Of a stretch of 60,343 nucleotides of DNA, positions 51,501 through 60,343 are shown in pieces. Location of the stretch: assembly GCF_004010195.1 (NCBI RefSeq), contig NC_057717.1, positions 105,429,634-105,489,976 on the forward strand, read 5' to 3'. The position numbers were made by a program, and so were the translations under genes. The DNA comes from Chiloscyllium plagiosum. Its lineage: Eukaryota. Numbering within the stretch: position 1 is the first letter of the stretch; every line of letters begins with the position of its first letter. Under the pieces are notes generated by a model. That model had not been told where the DNA came from and did not search any database. It was given only the letters and a program-made list of their open reading frames with translations.

Positions 51501-54500
51501 AGCAACACATTTTCCGCTCTGATCTCCAGCATCTGCAGCCCTCACTTTCTCCAACAAAAATATAAACACAGGGACTGCACTGGAGGGAACACTAGTGCCA
51601 TCACCTGGTTGTAGTTGATAGTGCATCAAATGCTGCTGGAAAAGCCGCCTCTCTGATCACCATCTGTCAGAATGAGAAAATAATAAAACCGGCATCTTTA
51701 CCTGGTTATCAACTATTAGCTGGAGGGGCTTGATTTGGATAAGTTCACCTCTCCCTCCAGCAAGGCTAATCACATTTGATTCCAGGACTGTTAACTTATT
51801 CCGATTTAAATGTTAAATGCCCCCAGCTCTTTCGGATATAGAAAATAATCCAATGAGCCAGGGGATCTACAGTTGATTCCATTCACTGACAGGATCAGGT
51901 TTACAAGTAATTTTTCCCCTGATTATAACCCTCAACACATTCCCAGCTCAGAAAGGAAAAATGAGAAAGTTAGTGTGCCAGTAACATTGAAACCAATTTA
52001 AGTGGAATCAGCTCCTTCAGGAGAACAGGGGGGGACGAGTAACACGCAGAATATGAAATCCTCCTACAAGGTGAACGTGCTTGAAGCCTGTCTGTACCTG
52101 AGCCCTTTTCCTTCTCAGAGGTGGAGAGTCCAAGCTGCTCAGCTAATTCCTTCTGCATTGGTCCCAGGGTGTCTTTGTATGGACAGCGAGTCGTCCAGTG
52201 GTCCCCTTTACAAATTCGACATGACACAATCTTCTGGCCTTTCAGTTTGGTCATGGGGTCATCCTCTTCGGTGTTATTCAAATCCTATAAAAGGGTGTAA
52301 AAGCACAGCTAGCGGCGACTGAAATATAGCCAAGTGAAAAGGCATGCAAACCTGGAGAAGAAGGATAAGAGTAAATACATACACAGGAATGTTTTTAAAC
52401 GGTGTGCATGGAATCTAACAGGTGGACTCGATGGGCCGAATGGCCTTACTTCCGCTCCTATGTCTTATGGCCTCCAAATTAACAGGAAGTAGCTTTTCAA
52501 ACCCAGTGTCAGATCATTCTATCGGACAATGGCTGAACTGACCCTCAACTCCAGTTGCATGTTTATCCATCCTGGCTTGCTTTTACACTGGTCAATTCGT
52601 ACCTCCATTTACCACACAGTTTGTCCCAGGTTTTGGTCACTATAGATCCTATTAGTACATAATTTACAATGGGATTCACGCAGGCCATTATTAATTGAGA
52701 CACAGATTACAAGGGCTAAATTGTTAATAATTGTAAGTTAGCTTAAGCTGAATATCGTGTTCAAGTCTGGGTATCACATCAAGGCCTTGATGAGAATACA
52801 GGGACATGGAGTTCAGAATTGTGCAGAAACTGGAGATGAGGAAGTTGTTTTCCTTATAGCAGAGGTTGGAAAATGAGATTGAATTGCGATGTTCCAATCA
52901 GCACAGTACATTACAAGAGCCCCTGCCTGAAGGATTGTAAACCATAGGACACAGATTTAAGATAATTGGCAGAAGAAGCAGAGGGGAGAATTGGTTTTCT
53001 TTTTTAACCAGTCAATTGTGATAATCTGGGCAGTGCTGCCTTTGAGAGCGGTGGAAACCGATTTAATTATGACTGTTAAAGGGGAACTGGAGTATAATTC
53101 CATAGAATCTCCACAAGTATAGAAACAGGCCATTTGGCCCAACAAGTCCAGACGGAGTCTCTGAAGACTCACCCACTAAGCCTTTCCCTGTAACCCTACA
53201 TTTCCCGTGGTTAATCCACCTAACCTGCGTATGTCTGGATTTGAAAAGCACAAAAATTGCTCTGTTTTGGGACAAGAGCAGGTCAGTGGGAATAATCAGG
53301 CAGTTCTTTTAAAAAGCTGGTATTTAACAATAGACTGAATAATGGTGTTACATAATAGGCTGAATAATAGCATTGTACAATTCGATATGACAGAAAGGAG
53401 AAGTCAAACAGCCTGTGCTAAGCAGTGATGTGGTTCGACCAACATAGTACCCATGTGTGTCCCACCCATGTGTGTCCCACCCATGTGTGTCCCACCCATG
53501 TTTCCTCTTGGGGCAGAATCACCAATTAAAACCAAAGGGTGACCAATTTAAAAGACAGATGAAGTAGTATCGTTTCTCAGGGTGCCAAATGTCTGGAACT
53601 CTCTTCCTCAAATGTCAGTGGAAACAGAGTGTGAATATTTTTCAGGAGCTTTTTGTTGGGATTGAGAGGTTATTGGGAGTAGGCTGGAATGGGGATTTGA
53701 AGCCAGTTGGATCAGCCATGGTTTTATGAAATAGCTACTGAGCCCAAGGGGTTGCTGAAGCACTGACTTCTCTGAATTTTGATCTTTGTGCGTACCTCTT
53801 TGCTGGTGATGAAGGTCATGTAGACATCATCACTGACCGTCGTCGTAGCGACATTCGGACCGGGAGGGTCATATTCCGATGTGCCAAATTTTTTCCAGTT
53901 CTATAGGGGAGGAAAGTTAGTAAAACAATCAATCAGTCAGACTTTCAGACAGCCTGAGGTGATGGAAGATTAGATTCCCTACAGTGTAGAAACGGGCCCT
54001 TTGGCCCAACCAGTCCTCACCAACCCTCCCAACAGTAACCCACCCAGACCCATTTCCCTCTGACTAATGCACCTTACACTATGGGCAATTTAGCATAGCC
54101 AACCCACCCTGACCTGTACATCTTCAGAGTGTTCTGTATAAACGCTAGTCTTTCTTTCAGGTCGCAGTGTCAAATATTTGACGGGGTTCAATTTCCCTCT
54201 TCATGTTCTAATTCCTTGAACCTTCACTTCTCTGCCAGGCTTCCCCTAACACGCGGCTCAGACACTGCATCCGTTTGGCTGCTGCCTGTGTAGCAACAGT
54301 AACAGAAAATGCTGCAGAAACTCAGCTGAAGTGGAGTCATATCAGACTCAATGTTAGCTGTTTTGCTCTCCACAGACCGGCTGATTTTCTCCAGCATTCT
54401 CTACGTTTGTTTAAGATAGACAGTATCACAGTATTTTGCTTTCATTTCTGTGAGTATAACTTCAATTGTAGGCTTTTCACTAGATGCAACCTACCCCTTT

Positions 54501-56641
54501 ACCAGACAGCACAGGATCCCACCGGGTTCCTCTATTAACCATACTGATGGTGATTTCAGAAAGCTCTTGGCTCCAGCCATAGCACCAGGTCTCTCACTAT
54601 TTGCCTGTAACCAGTTCAGTTTTCCCAATTGATCAAGAAGCTGATTTTGTGGGTTTGTTCATTCACCATCACGTGAGACCCCATCAACTAGGACATCCAA
54701 TATCAAAGCTAGCAAGTTATGTTGCAGCTGTATAAAACTTTAGATAGGCCACATTTGGAATAGTGCATGCAGTTCTGGTCACCACATTACCAGAAGGAAG
54801 GGGATATTTTGGAGAGGGTGCCCAGAAGGTTTGCCAGGATGTTGCCTAGTCTGGAGGGTTTTGGTTATGCGGAAAGGTTGGATTAACTTGGATTGTTTTC
54901 ACTGGAAAAATGGAGGCTGAGGGGTGACCTGATAGAAGTTTACAAAATTATGAGAGTCTTAGATCGGGTGGATAGTCAGAGGGTTTATTTCCCCCCCAGG
55001 GTGGAAAGGTCAATTACAAGAGGGCAGAGATTCAAGGTGAGAAGGGGAAAGGTTAGGGGAGAAGTGCAGGGAAAATGATTCACACAGAGGGTGGTGGGTG
55101 CCTGGAACACACTGTCAGTGGAGGTGGGGGAAGCAGGCATGCTAGCAACATTTAAGGTGTATCTTGGTAGACACATGAACAGGAGGCAAACGGGGGATAG
55201 AAACCACTTATGGGCAATAAGTAGTGGGTCTAAACAAGGGTCAGAATCAGCGTTGGCTTGATGGGCCGAAGGGCCTGTTCCTGTGCTGTATTGTATAGTT
55301 TCCTAAGGGCTGTCATCAGCAAGAAATCAGCAGACTGACAATTCAATACTTAAAAAACACAGAAAACCGAACTCAATATCTACTAACAAATGTATGATCT
55401 TAATTTGAGAACCAGTCTTTACTGGTAAGTGATATTTAGTTATTCATTCAAAGTCAACTGTATACACAATGTGCACACACTCACACATGTGGAATTAATC
55501 GGTTCATATCTTACCAAGTAAACAGTCAATCCTTATGGCAACAATGTCCAAGTACATAAGCTTTAAAAAGGCATTGTTTGATCAGGATGTGCTCATACAG
55601 AAACTCACTTTTCGCCTGGCCACTGCTTTTGAAGCTTTCCTTGTTTCAATTCTGAAGGTGCGGATAATCTGAAAATAAAAGTTCAATATTTTTCAGTAAG
55701 TTCCAGGTAATAACTTCAGAAATGAACCTTCAGCTTACAATCTCCCATTGACGAGGCCAATATTTATCACCCATTGCTGAGGCGGCTGGACATGGTGGGA
55801 AACCTTCCTCTTCAAGCACTTCAGAGGGGAACTAACATGGGCGTGCAGTCCAGACACACTGATTCATACAGGCCCTAAAGAAAGGCTCATGCAGTAAAAC
55901 ATACCTTGCTGCATACATGATGGTGGCAGACACAGAGATGATACATGATTTCAAAAGGAAAATAAATTGCAGGGTTATGAGAAAGAGGAGGGACTGACTG
56001 GATTGCTCGCGACAGTCAGCAGAGATTTCCAAGGCCAAAAGGCTTTGTTTAGTGTGAACGTGGCTCCGTGAATTACACACAGGCCCAGCCCAGGACACTA
56101 CCATTAGGTTCCTGGCTAAACAGACATTATAAAAGGGCCTATATTTTTATAACCATTTGGTCCAACTGCATGGTCACTTTTACTGACACCAACGTTTTCA
56201 TTCCCAGATTTTTAAAAACCTGCATCAAAATTCTCAGACTGTCACAGTGAAATCTGATGCCAGATTTTCCGGATTAGCCTGGTGCGGCTAAACTTTCCCA
56301 CTTAACAGTGGCGTGGAGTTTTCCAGAGCCAGAGGGTTTTCTAAATGTTAACAATCCAGGAACAAGGACAGAGTTCCAAGAGATGGATTCTTGCTAATGT
56401 CCCGATCTCAGGGCAACAAGAAATCAGCTTGACAGCTAGGATTTTCTGTGTACCTGATGTCAACAATAGGAGTTCCAGTTTGGAGACGGGAAGTATAGAT
56501 TTTGATTTAACTCTGGTCAATACTGGATTTCTGAGCACTGAAAAATCCTCACCTTCACTTTCTTGCCATCTTCATCGATTTTGTACTCAATGATAGTTTT
56601 GATATTCCCTTTGATCAGTTCCTTAGGTGAAGGCAGGGGAC
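48557..56641 (-). CDS. EIF3G: eIF3 subunit G, gene span (8 coding exons; 5' exons not visible)
   Basis: Exons sum to 809 nt (2 + 269 codons). Zinc knuckle [20 protein letters not shown] with [10 protein letters not shown] and KGFAFISF. Confidence 0.98.
49645..49921 (-). mobile_element. HE1-type V-SINE
   Basis: Homologous to 4835-5156; (tctaa)n tail. Confidence 0.9.
50154..50260 (-). CDS. EIF3G: EIF3G exon, RRM
   Basis: ttcag|[35 protein letters not shown]|gtaagt. Confidence 0.97.
50361..50497 (-). CDS. EIF3G: EIF3G exon, RRM
   Basis: cacag|[45 protein letters not shown]|gtatga. Confidence 0.97.
50685..50792 (-). CDS. EIF3G: EIF3G exon
   Basis: cccag|[35 protein letters not shown]|gtgagg. 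Confidence 0.96.
50938..51552. mobile_element. Foldback Penelope-tail insertion in an EIF3G intron (14-bp TSD)
   Basis: Inverted arms ~50938-51260 / 51263-51515; TSD aacaaaaatataaa at 50924-50937 and 51553-51566; hammerhead cores at ~51000-51027 (-) and 51428-51455 (+). Confidence 0.93.
52098..52284 (-). CDS. EIF3G: EIF3G exon, zinc knuckle
   Basis: tatag|[62 protein letters not shown]|gtacag. Confidence 0.97.
53101..53240 (-). mobile_element. HE1-type SINE 3' fragment
   Basis: gaaacaggccatttggcccaac..ttaatccacctaacctgc. Confidence 0.6.
53449..53501. repeat. 15-bp tandem repeat, ~3.5 copies
   Basis: (acccatgtgtgtccc)x3 + acccatgt. Confidence 0.95.
53796..53900 (-). CDS. EIF3G: EIF3G exon
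   Basis: tatag|[35 protein letters not shown]|gtacgc. Confidence 0.97.
53968..54124 (-). mobile_element. HE1-type SINE 3' half
   Basis: agattagattccctacagtgtagaaac..gggcaatttagcatagccaa. Confidence 0.8.
54690..55295 (+). mobile_element. CR1 LINE 3' fragment
   Basis: [34 protein letters not shown]; tail gggccgaagggcctgttcctgtgctgta. Confidence 0.9.
55609..55668 (-). CDS. EIF3G: EIF3G exon
   Basis: ttcag|[20 protein letters not shown]|gtgagt. Confidence 0.96.
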
Positions 56642-57188
56642 CTAAAGATAGTCAAAAACTCACGTTAATGAGGGGATACATTTTCGTATTGGTTGTGAAG
56701 CTGAGCAACATGCTAACAGGACCCCAATGCCACATTGCCAGCTCACTCTGTACAAAGGGAAAAGGAGTCAAATAAAACAGCAGCCAGCAAGCAGCACAGA
56801 CCATCACCAACATCAAAAGGCCACAGTCTGATTCCTGACCTGTCTCCTACACCAGGGTCTTAATCAGATAAATCTGGAGTGTCATATACAGCTTTGGTCT
56901 ACCATTAGGTTCCTGGCTAAACAGACATTATAAAAGGGCCTATATTTTTATAACCATTTGGTCCAACTGCATGGTCACTTTTACTGACACCAACGTTTTC
57001 ATTCCCAGATTTTTAAAAACCTGCATCAAAATTCTCAGACTGTCACAGTGAAATCTGATGCCAGATTTTCCGGATTAGCCTGGTCGGCTAAACTTTCCTA
57101 CTTAACAGTGGCGTGGAGTTTTCCAGAGCCAGAGGGCTTTCTAAATGTTAACAATCCAGGAACAAGGACAGAGTTCCAAGAGATGGAT
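56098..57188. repeat. Near-identical ~290-bp direct repeat, copies ~800 bp apart (56098-56388 and 56899-57188)
   Basis: Three differences seen (one 1-bp indel, two substitutions); second copy runs into the gap. Confidence 0.95.
56553..56641 (-). CDS. EIF3G: EIF3G exon
   Basis: tttag|(G)[29 protein letters not shown]|gtgagg. Confidence 0.95.
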
Positions 57189-57688
57189 NNNNNNNNNNNN
57201 NNNNNNNNNNNNNNNNNNNNNNNNNNNNNNNNNNNNNNNNNNNNNNNNNNNNNNNNNNNNNNNNNNNNNNNNNNNNNNNNNNNNNNNNNNNNNNNNNNNN
57301 NNNNNNNNNNNNNNNNNNNNNNNNNNNNNNNNNNNNNNNNNNNNNNNNNNNNNNNNNNNNNNNNNNNNNNNNNNNNNNNNNNNNNNNNNNNNNNNNNNNN
57401 NNNNNNNNNNNNNNNNNNNNNNNNNNNNNNNNNNNNNNNNNNNNNNNNNNNNNNNNNNNNNNNNNNNNNNNNNNNNNNNNNNNNNNNNNNNNNNNNNNNN
57501 NNNNNNNNNNNNNNNNNNNNNNNNNNNNNNNNNNNNNNNNNNNNNNNNNNNNNNNNNNNNNNNNNNNNNNNNNNNNNNNNNNNNNNNNNNNNNNNNNNNN
57601 NNNNNNNNNNNNNNNNNNNNNNNNNNNNNNNNNNNNNNNNNNNNNNNNNNNNNNNNNNNNNNNNNNNNNNNNNNNNNNNNNNNNNNNN
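57189..57688. other. Assembly gap (500 N)
   Basis: N run; the round size suggests a placeholder. Confidence 1.
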
Positions 57689-58429
57689 TCAAGCATTCTT
57701 CCCTCTTAAAGGTTACCAAGTCAACATTCTGTTGCTGGGTTACTCAACAATTCAGTCAGGAAATTGACCCTGATCCTATTTTTTTCAGAATAAACCAAAT
57801 CTGAGTGTGCCGGAAATGGGAAGTGTGGGAGAGAGGGTTTGTGTGCTCTACTGGGCAACTGTCATCAGCTGATATCCTCAGGTGGGAAACACTGAAGGAA
57901 ATGAGAAAGCTCCCTGTCCTGGGATCCGAGAGGAATTTAAACAGGGAATCTCACATCGTGGGAGTACAGAGAGGGGAGAGCAAACACTTCACTGTGAGGT
58001 GGCACTGTCAATAAGATGTTTTAGTCACAATTTTGAAAATTCAAAGGATAAATTTACAATTGTAAATATATTGATGGAGTTTATTTAATTATTGTACATT
58101 CAAACTTGGTTGTCATCTCCAGAAGCATATTTTATGAAGACTGTATTCCATCAGCAATGTGAGGTTGGGTTGAATTTCTGTACAATTTGTGTCATGCTGA
58201 GACATGATGGAAAGGATCAATTCAGAGCATTTAAACATTGTTACAACCTGGATAATCATGGGGAGATTGTAAAGGTGTTAAGGACTTAGAGAGCTATCTC
58301 GCCAAATAGTGGTGAGATGAGATGAGTTAATGACTGAGTGAACCACCCACATGAATCCAGGACCAGGAGGGCTGCTTAATAAATGTCCACCCCCTAACAT
58401 CCCAAGAATTTGTATTTTTAATCACCATG

Positions 58430-58845
58430 GTGTCCAGGTGTCACTGGCTGGGCCAGTGTTTATTGCCCATTGCTATCTGGCCTGGAGGAGGTGGGGGTCA
58501 GTTGCTTTCTTGAACTGCTGCAAGTTTTACGGCATTTCCAAGGTGTCTCCGGGTGGTTGATGCCCTCTAGCATCACAGGATCTTTGGGGCATGTCTACAC
58601 AGCATCATCTAGGTAGTACACACTGCTGCCACTGAGCGTCGGGGGGCAGAGGGAGGGGATGCAGTGCCAATCAACAGGGCTGCTTTGTCCTGGATGGTGT
58701 TGAGCTCCTTGAGTGTTGTTGCTCATCCAGGGCAAGTGGGCAGTATTCCCTGACCCTCCTGAGTTGTGGGTAAGTGGGCAGTATTCCCTGACCCTCCTGA
58801 GTTGTGGGTAAGTGGGCAGGCCATGGGGAGACATGAATAGAAGGT
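58430..58845 (-). mobile_element. LINE (CR1/L2-type) 3' fragment in the P2RY11 3'UTR, with a 38-bp perfect tandem duplication (58734-58819)
   Basis: gggctgctttgtcctggatggtgttgagc; tail gctgggccagtgtttattgccca containing AATAAA on the minus strand at 58459-58464. Confidence 0.7.
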
Positions 58846-58847
58846 GG

Positions 58848-59789
58848 TTAACACTGTGTTACCTCTGTACTGACAATGCTATGTGTGCACCTCTGACACA
58901 CCTCCCTGACATTGTTGAGGATGGCAGCATACACCAGGGGGTGGATACACATGGTGAGAGTGAGCAGACACTTGCTCACCTGGTAGACGGTGTATATGTC
59001 ACTGGGCCTCCCCTTGTCCAGGTCGTGTAAGCGGCGGTATAGGTTAATGTTTCTCAGGATGGTGAATGGGATGAAGGATACAATGTACAACACAATGACA
59101 GCACAGACCAGCAGAGCAACCTGCCTCCTCTCTGAGCCTGTCACTGTCTGACTGCTGTGCACCTTCCAGAATATACAAACGTAGGAGAAGGCAGTCACTG
59201 CAAAGGGCAGGGCACAGCCGAAAACAGCAAGGAACAGGCTGTAGGAGAAATACCGTGGGAGCTGCTCATCGCTGGAGGAGCCCAAACACTCGCTTCTGTT
59301 CCTGGCCATTTCCACTTCAGAGAAGACAAATGTCGGGGACGTGATGACGATGGAGAGAGTCCAGCCGAGCAGACTGACCAACCAGGCGTGTTTGGGCTGG
59401 ATGTACTTGTGGGTAAACAGGGGGTGAACAATCCCCAGGTAGCGGTTAACGCTGATACAGGTGATCAGGAACATACTCCCGTACAGGTTACAGGTGAACA
59501 GGAAGCGTTCGATCTTACAAAGTGCCTGCCCAAAGATCCAGTCCTTATCGTTGGAGTAATAAACAATCAGGAGAGGCAAGGTGGTGATGTACACCAGGTC
59601 ATTCACTGCGAGGGTAAAGGCGAAGATGATACCAGTGTGCCAGGTCTTAACCCTGCTCAGGAAGAACCAGATAGCCAGAGAGTTGGCGATAAAAGCCCAC
59701 ATGAACTCAATGCTGAATATTGGAGGCAGTAATGCTTTTTGGACATCAGCAAATGAAGCATTGGTTGACGTTTTCACTCTCTCCGCCAT
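58848..59789 (-). CDS. P2RY11: P2Y purinoceptor 11-like class A GPCR, 313 aa, coding region in one exon
   Basis: 7 TM segments; CKIERFLFTCNLYGS, SVNRYLGIVHP and YQV...CIHPLVY are P2RY11-type signatures; ATG at 59789 in gaaATGG context (the ORF track starts at an upstream GTG); syntenic with EIF3G/DNMT1. Confidence 0.92.
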   Translation of the reverse strand: MAERVKTSTNASFADVQKALLPPIFSIEFMWAFIANSLAIWFFLSRVKTWHTGIIFAFTLAVNDLVYITTLPLLIVYYSNDKDWIFGQALCKIERFLFTCNLYGSMFLITCISVNRYLGIVHPLFTHKYIQPKHAWLVSLLGWTLSIVITSPTFVFSEVEMARNRSECLGSSSDEQLPRYFSYSLFLAVFGCALPFAVTAFSYVCIFWKVHSSQTVTGSERRQVALLVCAVIVLYIVSFIPFTILRNINLYRRLHDLDKGRPSDIYTVYQVSKCLLTLTMCIHPLVYAAILNNVREVCQRCTHSIVSTEVTQC

Positions 59790-59950
59790 TTCCACTTGTC
59801 TTCAGCTGATCCAGTTTCAGTTTCCAACAGCACCTTGTTTGAAGGATCTGTGTGTGTGTGTTGAGGGGAGGTGTGAGATAGAGAGAGAGAGATCACTGGC
59901 ATCTGTCACTGCCCACTTCCTGTGGATAGAATGGTAAATGTGAGACTCAC

Positions 59951-60042
59951 AGAAACCCAAGAGGGCTCTCTAACCCTCACCCTTTGACACCGTTACTCAG
60001 CTGATCCTGAGCTTCTGGATTCAACAGCGTTTCAGTTTGAAC
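59951..60042 (-). other. Putative non-coding 5'UTR exon of P2RY11, followed by a 103-nt intron (59848-59950)
   Basis: Acceptor tttttttttgttcag at 60043; donor gtgagt at 59950; acceptor (ct)n...cacacag at 59848. Confidence 0.5.
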
Positions 60043-60343
60043 CTGAACAAAAAAAAACCCCCAGGAGAAGGCCAGTGCCCTGAGGGAAAATGAGAGGGTG
60101 GGGGTAAAGCTTTCAGGCCGTTGTTAATCAGAATTATCAGCCAGGGCTCACCAAGTGAACCACAAGTGGCGACTGGGTAAGGGCCTTTGAAATAGAAACA
60201 CCCAGTTTCCCATCAAATTGATTCGATCACCCAAACAGAAATGTCACCTGGGTTCCCAGGGCAAGGTCCCAACTCCAAACCATTCATTAACAGGAATTCT
60301 GGAGTGGGGGCTGCTGGGGGGCCTCTGATTGGACAGAGGGGGC

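Noticed and set aside
53449..53501. Short tandem repeats (also 58734-58819) as CRISPR-like arrays
   Set aside because: Head-to-tail repeats without spacers in vertebrate DNA.
57076..57095. Minus-strand agtttagccgaccagg (SLADQ) as EIF3G exon 2 (SWADQV)
   Set aside because: No Trp, no following acidic run and no splice sites; it lies in the duplicated repeat-derived block.
57048..57804. Long ORFs across the second gap
   Set aside because: Open only because of N bases.
59157..59937. Plus-strand ORFs of 191 and 118 aa
   Set aside because: Antisense shadows of the P2RY11 coding sequence.

Overview
Vertebrate genomic DNA, almost certainly from a shark or other elasmobranch (HE1-type V-SINEs, shark-type CR1 and Penelope repeats). 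It covers the DNMT1 / EIF3G / P2RY11 synteny block. DNMT1 (+): 33 GT-AG coding exons from 6481 to the stop at 46050-46052 join into one open frame of 4483 nt (~1494 aa); exon 1 was not found in the window. EIF3G (-): 8 coding exons from 56641 to 48557; its first exons are not visible and are probably in the 57189-57688 gap. P2RY11-like GPCR (-): coding region in one exon, 59789-58848. Introns are full of CR1/L2/Rex LINE pieces, SINEs, a hAT deletion derivative, Tc1/mariner-type MITEs and many Penelope-like elements. The most notable non-genic signal is three Penelope families whose tails carry minimal hammerhead-ribozyme cores (CUGANGA-stem-GAAA-palindrome-NUH). Several are inserted as TSD-flanked head-to-head foldbacks, or nested in tandem, inside DNMT1 and EIF3G introns. 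Hammerheads in Penelope elements are a known class, so any novelty lies in these copies and their effect on the host genes. Also notable: EIF3G is inverted relative to the human gene order as I recall it, P2RY11 has lost its second extracellular disulfide and the TM6 His, and the DNMT1 3'UTR has a deeply conserved element. Two assembly gaps: 30110-30539 and 57189-57688. All calls were made by eye with no database search.
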